Origin: a virus
Taxonomy: Duplodnaviria; Heunggongvirae; Uroviricota; Caudoviricetes
DNA length: 64,000 nt
Virus record (IMG/VR): IMGVR_UViG_3300028832_000001
Span: 36,007 to 100,006 of that record
Direction: 5' to 3' (one strand)
The notes beneath the pieces were generated by a model. It did no database searches, was not told the origin of the DNA, and saw nothing but the letters and a program-made list of their open reading frames with translations. The translations under genes were made by a program, and so were the position numbers. Each line of letters starts with the position of its first letter. Position 1 is the first letter of the stretch. This document shows, one piece after another, positions 1 to 9,222 of this stretch.

Positions 1-2
1 GA

Positions 3-2213
3 TTGTATGGTATTTTGGCTAATGGTAAAATTGGTCAGATTAATATGAAGACAAAGACATTTAACAGTGAAAATAATGGAAACAATACTGTTATTCAGCT
101 TCGTATTGATGAATTAAAGAATGCACTTGCAAAAGCAATGAAAGAAAAAGATGCTTATGAAAAGTGGTTAGTCGAAGAACAGAAAAAGATTGACGAACGT
201 AACAAGAAACTTGAAGAAGAAATCAAGGGTCTTAAGAATCAGTCAGAAGGCGAAGGTTCTAAAGAAGGTGGAAATACTGAAGAACCTAAGAAGGACGGAA
301 TTTCTGTAAAGAAAGAATCTGTTTATTCTAGTGTTAAGAATATCTTAAAGGAAGACGAAGAAAAGTCCAAGAGTATGAAACTTGCCGATCAAGCTCAAGA
401 CGAATTGAAGAAGAAAGAAGCTGAGCTTGAAAAAGGTAAGAAGAAAAGAAATGAATTATATCTATTAAATGTTAAGAATTATATCGCAATTCTTGAAGAA
501 TATAAGAAAGTTCTTGGTCTTGAAAAATATATCAAAGAAGGATATGATACAATCAATATCTTGTTTGATCCAGATTCTGCAGAAGAACAGTATCAGGAAG
601 TTGTTAATGGTACTGGTGAAACTAGTGATGAAAATGAGAAAGAAGATAATGCCAAAACAGAATCTTTAACTCAACGTCTTGATAAGATAATGAAGAAATA
701 CCGTTTGGATGAAGCTGATGAAGGTGAAACTGCAGCTAGTGAAGAACTTGATGATTTAAATTCTGGTAGTTCAGAAGGTAAGTCAGAAGGTAGTTCTGAA
801 TCTGGAAATACTGACGCAAAGAAGAAAGATGATAAACCAGCAAATACCGAAACTCATAGTGATGAACCAGAAGTAAAGAGTAACAATAAGGGAAATCTTG
901 ATTGGGTTGAACGTGATAGAGCTGAAGGTTTAAAGGAAATCTATCGTATATTTGCAGAAGGTAAGCATGATGTTCGTATTGAAGTTTCTACATTCAACGA
1001 ATTAGCAAAGGCAAAAACTGCAAAAGAAGCATTTAAGCATGTTATTGAAGCATGTAGTTCTTTACAGCATACATTAGACAGAGTTAAGACTGTTGAGCCA
1101 ATCGTTGATGGTATTGTTGCATGTAATAAGATTGAAAAACGTTCTGATATTGCTGGATGTTTCGAAGTTATTAACTTTGGTAAAGATTCTGAAGAAGAGG
1201 AAAAACCAAAGGAAGAAAATAAAGAAGAAAATAAGGAAGAAAAATCTCCAGCTGAAGCAGAAAAGGTAATGATTGAACGTCTTACCAAATGTGTAGATGA
1301 GTCTAGCCCATTAATGGCTGGTCTTGTTGGTAAGATGAACGATATTGTAAAAACTGCAAAAGACGATACTTGGATTGATACTTATAAGAAGTTTAATGAT
1401 GAAACAAATTCTAAACTTGAAGAAATCTTTAAGGAAGTAGAAGATGTAGTTAAAGAAAGTGATAAAGGTAAAGAATTTGTTGCAAAGGTAAAGAATAATT
1501 TAGGTGATAAGAATGCATTATTGAAGATTTACCTTACAGTTTCAATGGTAAAGAACCTTATTTCTGCAGCAACTGCTCATGTTAAGGAAGTTGAGGAAAA
1601 GTCAGAAAATAAGCCAGCAGAAAATGCATCTTATGTTCCAGATACTAGCTTACCACAGTTAGATGAAGGTAATGAACCATATTTACATACTATTAATAAC
1701 TTAGAAGCAAAGTTCAAAGAAGTAGATAATTCTATTGACTTTAATACATTATTGCCAACAGATTTTAATAACGAAATTTATAATATTGCAGATGCGTCTA
1801 AATATAATGAAGCAGAACAAAAACTTGGCAATATTATTGGTTTGAGCGTAAAAGCTGCAGAAACAAAAAATAAAGTTTGTAGCATATTAACTACATTGGT
1901 CAGAACTGATGATGGTGATAATGATGTTATGAAAGCTGTTAAGGAGAAAAAACTTCCTTGCTTAAAGTGTATTGAACAATTCACTTCAGCACCTCGTAAT
2001 AATGATAAAGAAAGACCAAATGGTAATAGAAATATCTTCTATTTCTACGGCTTAATTCGAGCAATAACTGCATGTTTAACCAGTTTAAAGGGTGCAATCA
2101 AAGATAATAACGAACGTATTGTTCAAGGTGAAAAATCACAAGAAAGCTATATTCCGGAAGTTTCACCAAACACTTTGATGAATGAAATTTATAAATATAT
2201 AAGAGGAAATTAA
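3..2213 (+). CDS. Large acidic E/K-rich hypothetical protein, 5' end probably outside the window
   Basis: 736-aa open frame from the window edge; coiled-coil and low-complexity E/K/S/G segments; no recognisable family. Confidence 0.75.
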   Translation: MYGILANGKIGQINMKTKTFNSENNGNNTVIQLRIDELKNALAKAMKEKDAYEKWLVEEQKKIDERNKKLEEEIKGLKNQSEGEGSKEGGNTEEPKKDGISVKKESVYSSVKNILKEDEEKSKSMKLADQAQDELKKKEAELEKGKKKRNELYLLNVKNYIAILEEYKKVLGLEKYIKEGYDTINILFDPDSAEEQYQEVVNGTGETSDENEKEDNAKTESLTQRLDKIMKKYRLDEADEGETAASEELDDLNSGSSEGKSEGSSESGNTDAKKKDDKPANTETHSDEPEVKSNNKGNLDWVERDRAEGLKEIYRIFAEGKHDVRIEVSTFNELAKAKTAKEAFKHVIEACSSLQHTLDRVKTVEPIVDGIVACNKIEKRSDIAGCFEVINFGKDSEEEEKPKEENKEENKEEKSPAEAEKVMIERLTKCVDESSPLMAGLVGKMNDIVKTAKDDTWIDTYKKFNDETNSKLEEIFKEVEDVVKESDKGKEFVAKVKNNLGDKNALLKIYLTVSMVKNLISAATAHVKEVEEKSENKPAENASYVPDTSLPQLDEGNEPYLHTINNLEAKFKEVDNSIDFNTLLPTDFNNEIYNIADASKYNEAEQKLGNIIGLSVKAAETKNKVCSILTTLVRTDDGDNDVMKAVKEKKLPCLKCIEQFTSAPRNNDKERPNGNRNIFYFYGLIRAITACLTSLKGAIKDNNERIVQGEKSQESYIPEVSPNTLMNEIYKYIRGN

Positions 2214-2215
2214 AA

Positions 2216-2686
2216 ATGATACAAGAAGATTACGAAAAACTAGTAGAACATATAGCTGGAATTAATAACGACTATAAAATCGTAGTCGAAGATGTTGATT
2301 TGGATAGCTATGATGATGAACCTAAGGAAAAGAATTCCCGTCAGGAAATTCGTGATGCTATCAAGCCACAGGTTGATATTGCATCATCCTTGATTACTAC
2401 AATTAAGGATGGTTTTGCTGATAACATGGATCAAACAAAGCGAATGAATGATGCTATGGACCAGATTCAGTCTTGGGAAAAGACAATTCATGGTGCTTGT
2501 GAACAAATCCTTAAGACTGTCGAAGCAAAGGATGGTTCTGTAGATAGACCAGAATCTATTGTTAATGACAGTTCTAAATGTTCTCCAAAGGCATTCAACA
2601 AGTATATCAAGAATTATACCAGTAGAGACTATGGTGTTCTTGAACTTGCTGCAGCAATTATGGTTTTCTATAATTCTTTGAGCTAA
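2216..2686 (+). CDS. Hypothetical late protein
   Basis: 156 aa; TATAAATA at 2190-2197 and SD-like AGAGGA upstream; followed by a terminator hairpin. Confidence 0.75.
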   Translation: MIQEDYEKLVEHIAGINNDYKIVVEDVDLDSYDDEPKEKNSRQEIRDAIKPQVDIASSLITTIKDGFADNMDQTKRMNDAMDQIQSWEKTIHGACEQILKTVEAKDGSVDRPESIVNDSSKCSPKAFNKYIKNYTSRDYGVLELAAAIMVFYNSLS

Positions 2687-2705
2687 TTTAATTAAAAATA
2701 AAAAG

Positions 2706-2732
2706 AAAAGCAGTGAAAAATCACTGCTTTTT
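2706..2732. terminator. Bidirectional intrinsic terminator
   Basis: Stem AAAGCAGTGA/TCACTGCTTT with A- and T-tracts between convergent genes. Confidence 0.8.
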
Positions 2733-3146
2733 ATTATATACAAATTTTATATAATCTGCCCATTTTGTTTTCAATATATTTCTTTGGGCATCATTTAATA
2801 GTTCATTGTATCTTTTGGCTTCTTTATTGCCTATATCATATTCTTTTTTCAATGCGACTATTAAATCTTGGTCTGTTGCTTCTGTTTTATATGCATCGTA
2901 ATTAAAATAATGTTTTGTCTTTTTAACCCAAGTATATAAAATTGTATAATGTTGTTGATTTGTCAATTTCTGAACTGTCAACTCATTAATTAATGGTAAC
3001 AAATATTCATAACTTGACAAAAATCTATTTAAAATAAACTGGTTATATGCCGATTTATAATCATCTGGCAAATTTGCCCAGTCATATTTCTTTGTACAGA
3101 TTGAACCTAATATTTCAAAGATTGGATTTTTCTTTTTTTCACTCAT
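2721..3146 (-). CDS. gp62: Clamp-loader small subunit (T4 gp62-like)
   Basis: YNQFILNRFLS...INEL...QQHYTILY...KEYDIGNKEAKRYNELL matches the gp62 pattern of T4-like phages. Confidence 0.75.
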   Translation of the reverse strand: MSEKKKNPIFEILGSICTKKYDWANLPDDYKSAYNQFILNRFLSSYEYLLPLINELTVQKLTNQQHYTILYTWVKKTKHYFNYDAYKTEATDQDLIVALKKEYDIGNKEAKRYNELLNDAQRNILKTKWADYIKFVYNKKQ

Positions 3147-3307
3147 TCAAAATGGTCCTTAAATTCCATAGTGACTTTATCGTCATTAATCACTGATAGT
3201 TTTACTTCAATTAATGTTTTGTTATCCTTAAAAATATAGTAATTTCCTGCATCTTTTAACATAACAAAAGAAGGATCTTCTGTAAAACTCTTAATAATCT
3301 TATTCAT
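3143..3307 (-). CDS. Small hypothetical protein (54 aa, absent from the supplied ORF track)
   Basis: MNKIIKSFTEDPSF...MEFKDHFE; starts 1 nt after the upstream TAA and its TGA overlaps the gp62 ATG (ATGA), i.e. coupled at both ends. Confidence 0.65.
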   Translation of the reverse strand: MNKIIKSFTEDPSFVMLKDAGNYYIFKDNKTLIEVKLSVINDDKVTMEFKDHFE

Positions 3308-3308
3308 A

Positions 3309-4019
3309 TTAGTCCTTATTAAATTTGCTTAAACGTGAAATTGGCCAAACTCCATTAACTTTTTTATTCCATTTGTCAAAGAAAACTTTTTTAAGTTGTT
3401 CAAAAATCTCAGGCGGTTTTCCTTCACTAAAATGCTTAATGGTAATATCGATTGTAGAAACTTTGTAGCCACGTTCAAGAACTTGAAGGGAAATATCGGT
3501 ATCGTAAAAATGGAATCCTGCAAGATTTTCATCAAAACGTAATCCTTCTTCAAATATCCATTTCGGGAAGAACATACAACAACCGTCAACAGTAGCTAAA
3601 TAATCATGAACACCTGGATGTTCCTTCATAGGATATTCGATAGGTTTTCCATCTTTATCTTTTCCACCTTGAATAATATATCCAGAACCATATGTCCATC
3701 TACCACCAGCTCTAGGAACGCCATTCCACCAAGTACAATTTGTATCAAGAGCGATAGTTCCAATTACACCAGCAATACCTACATCACCATTTTCATAAAG
3801 TTTTGTTAACTTATAATTACAAACATCAAGCGGTGTAATAATCTGTGTATCATCATGTCTAAAACAAATGATAGGGTCATTATTTTTTAATACAATATTT
3901 TCAATAGCATAATTGTATTTCTTAGTCATTGAATCACCTAATGTATTATCAATATAAAAAACTGTTTTAGTATCTACTTGTTCAGGTTTACGTTCCGCTA
4001 CTGGAATTATCTCTATCAT
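3309..4019 (-). CDS. Glycosyltransferase-like protein (GT-A, Glyco_tranf_2_5/StrF-like)
   Basis: NYAIE...FRHDD...GIAGVIGT...ATVDGCCMF...FDENLAGFHFYDTDISLQ...IKHFSEG. Confidence 0.8.
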   Translation of the reverse strand: MIEIIPVAERKPEQVDTKTVFYIDNTLGDSMTKKYNYAIENIVLKNNDPIICFRHDDTQIITPLDVCNYKLTKLYENGDVGIAGVIGTIALDTNCTWWNGVPRAGGRWTYGSGYIIQGGKDKDGKPIEYPMKEHPGVHDYLATVDGCCMFFPKWIFEEGLRFDENLAGFHFYDTDISLQVLERGYKVSTIDITIKHFSEGKPPEIFEQLKKVFFDKWNKKVNGVWPISRLSKFNKD

Positions 4020-4701
4020 TACTAGTTCCTTTTAAAATGCTATCAAGTTGTCTAACTTCAAATTTTGCTTCATTTCCTTTAATTGCAGCATAATCGATAA
4101 GAATTTTTTGACCTAATGGAGAAAATATATTACTCTTATTATCTTTAATTATAACAAGACGTGAGAAAGGCATTTGACCTTCAAGCATATGTTCACGTTG
4201 TTGAAGTGTAAGAGATGGTGCTACAGTATCAACGTCTAATGGTAACTCATTATAATCGATTGCTTTAGCCATTACTGCAGCTTTATCTTCTTCATTAATG
4301 CTAGGTGCAAAAATATAGTAAGTTAAATGACATTTTGTTTGTTCTTTTTTAATTCTTTCGGCAATTTCTTCCGGAGACAATGGATTATCACCAAATTCTT
4401 TTAAATCTTCAAATATTGGCTCTAATTGGGTACTAAATAATTGTCCCGGTTTTACATATTTAAGTTTATTATCTTTAAAACAAGCAGTCAAAGGAAAGAC
4501 TGTTCGTTCTAACATTTCTGCTAAAATCTTACGTTCAGAATCCAAAGATACTTCAACGAAATAAAGATAAGCATTATTAATATATTCTATGGATTGCTTA
4601 TAATCCTGACAAATATGACATGCATCATCAGTAAAAATATAAATGCCATGTCGATAAGATAATAAAAATTTTTCAAAACTTAATTTTTGAGAATCAAACA
4701 T
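3988..4701 (-). CDS. Thioredoxin-fold protein with C-terminal extension
   Basis: IYIFTDDACHIC (CxxC) and VFPLTACFKD (cis-Pro strand) in the N-terminal ~100 aa. Confidence 0.65.
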   Translation of the reverse strand: MFDSQKLSFEKFLLSYRHGIYIFTDDACHICQDYKQSIEYINNAYLYFVEVSLDSERKILAEMLERTVFPLTACFKDNKLKYVKPGQLFSTQLEPIFEDLKEFGDNPLSPEEIAERIKKEQTKCHLTYYIFAPSINEEDKAAVMAKAIDYNELPLDVDTVAPSLTLQQREHMLEGQMPFSRLVIIKDNKSNIFSPLGQKILIDYAAIKGNEAKFEVRQLDSILKGTSNDRDNSSSGT

Positions 4702-4720
4702 ACGTCTTATTTATACAGAA

Positions 4721-4751
4721 AAAATATACCACTTATTAGGTGGTATATTTT
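4721..4751 (-). terminator. Intrinsic terminator
   Basis: AAAATATACCAC/GTGGTATATTTT stem downstream of the 5634-4769 gene pair. Confidence 0.75.
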
Positions 4752-4768
4752 AAAGTTTAAACTTCAGG

Positions 4769-5245
4769 TTATGCGATTGGATTTTCTTCCAGATCTTCAA
4801 GAACCGTATTGTAAGTCATTAATACTTTCTTGCCAGTTTCAGGATCAGGTTCCTTATGCTTAACATACCAAGCAATGTTCTTAATCATATCCTTTTCAGG
4901 ATCGCAAACAAAACTAAGAATATACTCAGTTGACCAGACACCATCATTAGATTCCTTACGTGTAGCAGAAATACCAATTAATTTTGCTGGGAAAATAAGA
5001 TCACTAAAAGTTACCTTATATTCTAATGTATAAGCATCAAGCGGAATATTAACCTTATCCCATGCATCTTGAGCAGCGGACTGGTCAAATGCACCGTTAA
5101 AATCAATATCCTGCTGAAACTGACGAGGGAAAGAACGAATGCTTGTATCTTCAACGACTTTCATCTGAAGAATCCAGAACATGTCTTCACCCTTCTTAAC
5201 AAGCTTGAAGTTAGCTAATGAACTGTCAAATCTTGCTGTATTCAT
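4769..5245 (-). CDS. Hypothetical protein
   Basis: 158 aa; TAATG overlap with the upstream gene. Confidence 0.7.
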   Translation of the reverse strand: MNTARFDSSLANFKLVKKGEDMFWILQMKVVEDTSIRSFPRQFQQDIDFNGAFDQSAAQDAWDKVNIPLDAYTLEYKVTFSDLIFPAKLIGISATRKESNDGVWSTEYILSFVCDPEKDMIKNIAWYVKHKEPDPETGKKVLMTYNTVLEDLEENPIA

Positions 5246-5634
5246 TACTTACCTGCCTTTACAGATTTTTCAATCTTCTTGCACTGATAAACTGCATGAT
5301 CGAGCTTAAAGCTAGCAAGTTCTTCTGCTTCATAAGCGTTAACAATCTGTAATGCTTCAAGTTGTTCGAGTGCACGGAAATATGCAAGGCTCTTACCAAC
5401 TTCCTTATTGAACTGGTCCTGATAATTGCAATGAGCAAAACCAGAAACAGTTACCTTAGACATATTCTGTTCCTTGAACCATTCTGTAATGGTCAAAGAA
5501 GTATTATGTTCTTCCCATTCAGTATAAACATCACGCTGGAATTCATCCTTGACATGTGTCTGCTTATATTCTGTACTATATCTAACCTTGACAATAAACT
5601 GTCTACCATTTGAAAGAATAACTCTCATTTTCAT
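5245..5634 (-). CDS. Conserved-type phage hypothetical protein
   Basis: 129 aa; AHCNYQDQFNKEVGKSLAYFRAL resembles the common phage A.C...D.F....G..IA..RA motif; SD AAAGGA. Confidence 0.7.
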   Translation of the reverse strand: MKMRVILSNGRQFIVKVRYSTEYKQTHVKDEFQRDVYTEWEEHNTSLTITEWFKEQNMSKVTVSGFAHCNYQDQFNKEVGKSLAYFRALEQLEALQIVNAYEAEELASFKLDHAVYQCKKIEKSVKAGK

Positions 5635-5662
5635 TTTCCTTTGTTTAAAAGATTTAACAATT

Positions 5663-5671
5663 CAAATATAG
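5663..5671 (-). promoter_or_regulatory. Putative host-RNAP (early/middle) promoter CTATATTTG
   Basis: Same 9-mer recurs at 15160-15168(-), 27765-27773(+), 55605-55613(-), with variant CTATATTTA at 7596-7604(-); resembles the Bacteroidota-type -7 element TAnnTTTG. Confidence 0.6.
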
Positions 5672-5721
5672 TTAAAATTTGTTAACTAAACTTTAATAAA
5701 AATAAAATTTGTATTTTTAAT

Positions 5722-5749
5722 AAAAAACGGAGTTTTTCAACTCCGCTTT
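5722..5749 (-). terminator. Intrinsic terminator
   Basis: CGGAGTT/AACTCCG stem with flanking A/T tract just after the glycosyltransferase stop. Confidence 0.75.
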
Positions 5750-5751
5750 AT

Positions 5752-6960
5752 TTAGATAATATCTTGTTCTTTTGAATCAAACATTGTCAGCATTTGATTT
5801 ATGTGCTGTGATGATTCAAGCCAACATCCAGAATTATTAATAAAATTATATTGCCAATTCAGGACTTCGTTATACTTATCTTTTTTACAGAGTTTCCAGA
5901 ATTTTTCATCTATTTGTGCAACAGTTGACTGGTCAGTAAACTTGCAATCTGGATGAATTTCTCTATATGGACTGTCGTCATTTGCTACGAAAGTATTACC
6001 CATGAAAACACATCCACATGCACAAGCTTCTGTAAATCTTAACGAAGACTTTGCACGGTTAAATGGATTATCAACAATGGATGCAATACTAAAGTCTGCA
6101 TGAACTTCCATGAATTTTCTTGGGAACGTATGAGAATCTGCCCATGGAATGTATTGAATCTTATCCTTGATTTCTTCCCAGAAGAATGGTAAAGAACCCA
6201 TTACATAAAAATCAATCTTATCTTCCTTGACATTCTTAATAACCCAATCACAGAGTGCTGTATTCCAGTCACCTCTATCTCCTGGCTGACCAGGATGTCC
6301 TTTAGGGAAATTCGGATTCTGACCAGGTTGCATTTTAGGAATAGGCTGTTTATAATGTGTAGGACTACCAGAATAGATAACACGAGGTTTAACTAAGTCT
6401 TCCTTGATATTAGTCTTTCTTTCGAAATTCCACAAATATCTTGGAACAACATTTTTGATAACCATTACATTATTAACATTAAATTTACGTTCAATAACTT
6501 TCTTGAGGTAAGGTGTAGAAACTACAATCAAATCCAACAATGGTAAAGTTTTTGATGCAACTTCCATAAGATTTTTAAGATTGTTATGAACTCCTTCATA
6601 ACTTGGGTTATAAATCGGAACAGAGTCATGAGCTTCATCAGTATCGCCAGTCAAAAAGACCAAATCATCAAATTCACCAACGAGCTTGAATCCAAACTTA
6701 GGCTGTAATTCCTTATAACGAGTAAGTAAATCAACATCGACACTGGTAATTGGTCTCTGGAAAACAATAGATTTAGCATGAGCCAAATATTGTGGTTCAA
6801 AAGTATAATACGGCATTAAAACAGGAATAACACCAATGTCATGGCCATTGATGTATTCTGCATTATAACGTAATCTTACATGTGAACATCCAGAAGTATC
6901 ACGGCAATAAATTATTGCAATGTTTTTACCATCTGTATTTTCAGTATGTGCGTTTAACAT
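5752..6960 (-). CDS. GT-B (family 4-like) glycosyltransferase
   Basis: CSHVRL...VFQRP...EFDDL...IVVSTPYL...VIKNVVP...IYSGSPTH...DNPFNRAKSSLRFTEACACG, typical of large-phage GT-B enzymes. Confidence 0.8.
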   Translation of the reverse strand: MLNAHTENTDGKNIAIIYCRDTSGCSHVRLRYNAEYINGHDIGVIPVLMPYYTFEPQYLAHAKSIVFQRPITSVDVDLLTRYKELQPKFGFKLVGEFDDLVFLTGDTDEAHDSVPIYNPSYEGVHNNLKNLMEVASKTLPLLDLIVVSTPYLKKVIERKFNVNNVMVIKNVVPRYLWNFERKTNIKEDLVKPRVIYSGSPTHYKQPIPKMQPGQNPNFPKGHPGQPGDRGDWNTALCDWVIKNVKEDKIDFYVMGSLPFFWEEIKDKIQYIPWADSHTFPRKFMEVHADFSIASIVDNPFNRAKSSLRFTEACACGCVFMGNTFVANDDSPYREIHPDCKFTDQSTVAQIDEKFWKLCKKDKYNEVLNWQYNFINNSGCWLESSQHINQMLTMFDSKEQDII

Positions 6961-6968
6961 AAATTCCT

Positions 6969-7562
6969 TTAATTATCATCTCCATAAGGATCATCGATGG
7001 TATTAAGATTTTCATAGAAATCCAAACCAGCAATTTCCTTTTCATTTCTTTCGTTCATTTCAGAAAGATATAAATTCAATGCGTTTGTGATAAGTTGTGT
7101 AACAAAAGCGAACGCACTAGAATTTCGAGTTTCGTCATATCTGTTAATATAGGTAAATAAAGTCATTAAAGCTTCTTGACGAATATCATCGATTTCTTCA
7201 TAGGCGGGAGACTGAACGAGTTTGAAAGAAATAATACGACCATTAATAACCTTAATGAATGCATCACAAATATCTTTCTTGACCTGTTCAAATTCCATAT
7301 TGAACTTATGACGTTCTTCTGGTGTCATAGTATTATAGCGTTCATGCAAAGCTCTAATTTCTTCACGCTTTCGCTGAATAAAGTCCTTAGAAACTTCATA
7401 CTTATCTTCTGTAATACTCTTTTTATTATTCTTATTTTCAAGCTTACGTTCGTATGCGTCGCACCATTCACCAGTATCATTGATATTCATCTTGTTGAAC
7501 TTAACGACTAACTCTCGTAAGTATTTATTTGAAATGTAACCTTCACCTTTTTCTTGTTTCAT
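6969..7562 (-). CDS. gp55: Late-transcription sigma factor (T4 gp55-like)
   Basis: YISNKYL...DDIRQEALMTLFTYINRYDETRNSSAFAFVTQLITNA matches gp55 (Y..N...FD..KS.NPFAY.TQI); many TATAAATA target sites in the window. Confidence 0.8.
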   Translation of the reverse strand: MKQEKGEGYISNKYLRELVVKFNKMNINDTGEWCDAYERKLENKNNKKSITEDKYEVSKDFIQRKREEIRALHERYNTMTPEERHKFNMEFEQVKKDICDAFIKVINGRIISFKLVQSPAYEEIDDIRQEALMTLFTYINRYDETRNSSAFAFVTQLITNALNLYLSEMNERNEKEIAGLDFYENLNTIDDPYGDDN

Positions 7563-7595
7563 ATTATACCTATATTAAATTCTATATCTATGTTG

Positions 7596-7604
7596 TAAAT
7601 ATAG
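7596..7604 (-). promoter_or_regulatory. Putative host-type promoter for gp55 (CTATATTTA)
   Basis: Variant of the CTATATTTG motif, with TTTACA ending 9 nt before TATATT. Confidence 0.5.
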
Positions 7605-7649
7605 AATTTTTTTGTAAATAAAAATTTACAAAACTTTTTTCTGATTTTT

Positions 7650-8612
7650 TTAGAAATGAGGAACACTAGGCATAGAAGGCATCGACGGAGCTGATGTTCT
7701 ATGTGCACCCATTGAAGGCATTTGAGATTTTGCCTTAGCAATTTCCTTCTGATTAGCCTCATTTTCTTCATTAATCATCTTATTGATAATCTGCTGTTCA
7801 ACTTCTACTTCAACCCATGACCAATCATTTGTTATTTGTAAATTTGAATACTTAGCAATTCTTGTTATTGTTTCAAGAATCTGAGATAAATCAACATTAT
7901 TAAATAAATTCTGGTCATTGATTTCAATTTTTACCTTATGTGGTTTACCACAATGAGGACAATCAATCGTGACTTCTTTAATAACACCACAATAATTATC
8001 ATCAATATGCGATTTTAAAGCCATAAAGTCATTTGCTGTCAGATTACTTACGAATGTATACTTTTCTTCCATAGAATTATCAGTATCAATCCATAAACAA
8101 ACTTCATCAATATCATCTTCTACAATAAATGAAGAATCTCTATATCGAGGAATTCTAACAGGTAATGTAATATCTAAGTCACTAAGATAAACAGAATTAA
8201 TAAAAGGATGATCCAAATATTTAAATTCTAAATCCAATAATTTAATTGTATGTTCAATCTGTTTCTTACATCCAGAACATTCTGGAATGGTTATTACGAA
8301 ACCATTAGCATTAATAAAACTGTTTAATCTAATCCAGAAAATCAAAAATTCTCTATCTGCTAAAAGCAAATCATCATAAGAAAAATTTTCAAGAATCGTG
8401 CACTTTTCGAGTAATTCATTACAAATGTTTGTAGCATTACCAGGAACAAGTGTAGCTAAAAACTTTACTTCGAGAACAGACATAGAACGTGCTTTTATCT
8501 TAGCATTCTTTGGATATAGTCTTCCTCGTGATGGCAATTCTTTTAAATCAATTTGCCAAAAATTAAAATTATCATAATTATGATTTATATTAGGGTCTTT
8601 TCTAATATTCAT
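7650..8612 (-). CDS. gp26: Baseplate hub assembly protein (gp26/gp51-like), paralogue 1
   Basis: LPSRGRLYP...LLLADREFLIFWIRLNS...CSGC...CPHC; start moved to MNIRK (8612) because GGGAGA SD precedes it. Confidence 0.7.
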   Translation of the reverse strand: MNIRKDPNINHNYDNFNFWQIDLKELPSRGRLYPKNAKIKARSMSVLEVKFLATLVPGNATNICNELLEKCTILENFSYDDLLLADREFLIFWIRLNSFINANGFVITIPECSGCKKQIEHTIKLLDLEFKYLDHPFINSVYLSDLDITLPVRIPRYRDSSFIVEDDIDEVCLWIDTDNSMEEKYTFVSNLTANDFMALKSHIDDNYCGVIKEVTIDCPHCGKPHKVKIEINDQNLFNNVDLSQILETITRIAKYSNLQITNDWSWVEVEVEQQIINKMINEENEANQKEIAKAKSQMPSMGAHRTSAPSMPSMPSVPHF

Positions 8613-8613
8613 A

Positions 8614-9222
8614 TTATTCTCCCAGATCTGATAATAAACGCATTGATGCAGTACCATTGAACATACCACCAGGAACTACGCCTGTTGCATAATCAACTGC
8701 TATTGCTGTAGCATTAATTGCATCTTTTAAATGTTTTTCAAATTCATCCCAGAAAATATTAAATATCTCTGGGTCAGCTGGATCTTCTGCTTGTATACGG
8801 GCTATAAATTTTTCACCATAAAGAATAAAGTGCCCAGTAACAAAACCAACCGATAAATTCGAAATAATACTTATCGGTGGTACAGAAACCCAAACTCTTA
8901 ATTTTTGGTTAATTGTTAAACCAATATAATTAAAGATGTTTGGAAATAATTGTTGCTCAGTTAAAGCATAAGATTGTAATATCATTGGTTGAAAGCTTAA
9001 AGTTTCCACTAATGGTTTAAGACATTCTGCAGCAAATGGAACAGTTGCACCATTTGGTGCTGTTACTGTACCTTTTACAGAACCTGTCTGAATTACCAAC
9101 CTTTCATTAAACCATTCATTAAGTGCTTCGGCTAATTTTACATAGTATAAACCGAAAGGCGTTGATGCTTCAATTTCTTTTAATTTAGGTTGAATGATAC
9201 TTCTAAAACTTCTAAATGCCAT
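8614..9222 (-). CDS. Hypothetical protein co-transcribed with TerL-C
   Basis: 202 aa; TAATG overlap with the terminase fragment; no recognised family. Confidence 0.7.
   Translation of the reverse strand: MAFRSFRSIIQPKLKEIEASTPFGLYYVKLAEALNEWFNERLVIQTGSVKGTVTAPNGATVPFAAECLKPLVETLSFQPMILQSYALTEQQLFPNIFNYIGLTINQKLRVWVSVPPISIISNLSVGFVTGHFILYGEKFIARIQAEDPADPEIFNIFWDEFEKHLKDAINATAIAVDYATGVVPGGMFNGTASMRLLSDLGE

Noticed and set aside
7613-8669. Longer starts given in the ORF track for 7650-8669, 29513-30070 and 54513-55607
   Set aside because: Downstream ATGs (8612, 30028, 55580) have clear SD sites and avoid overlap with upstream genes or promoters
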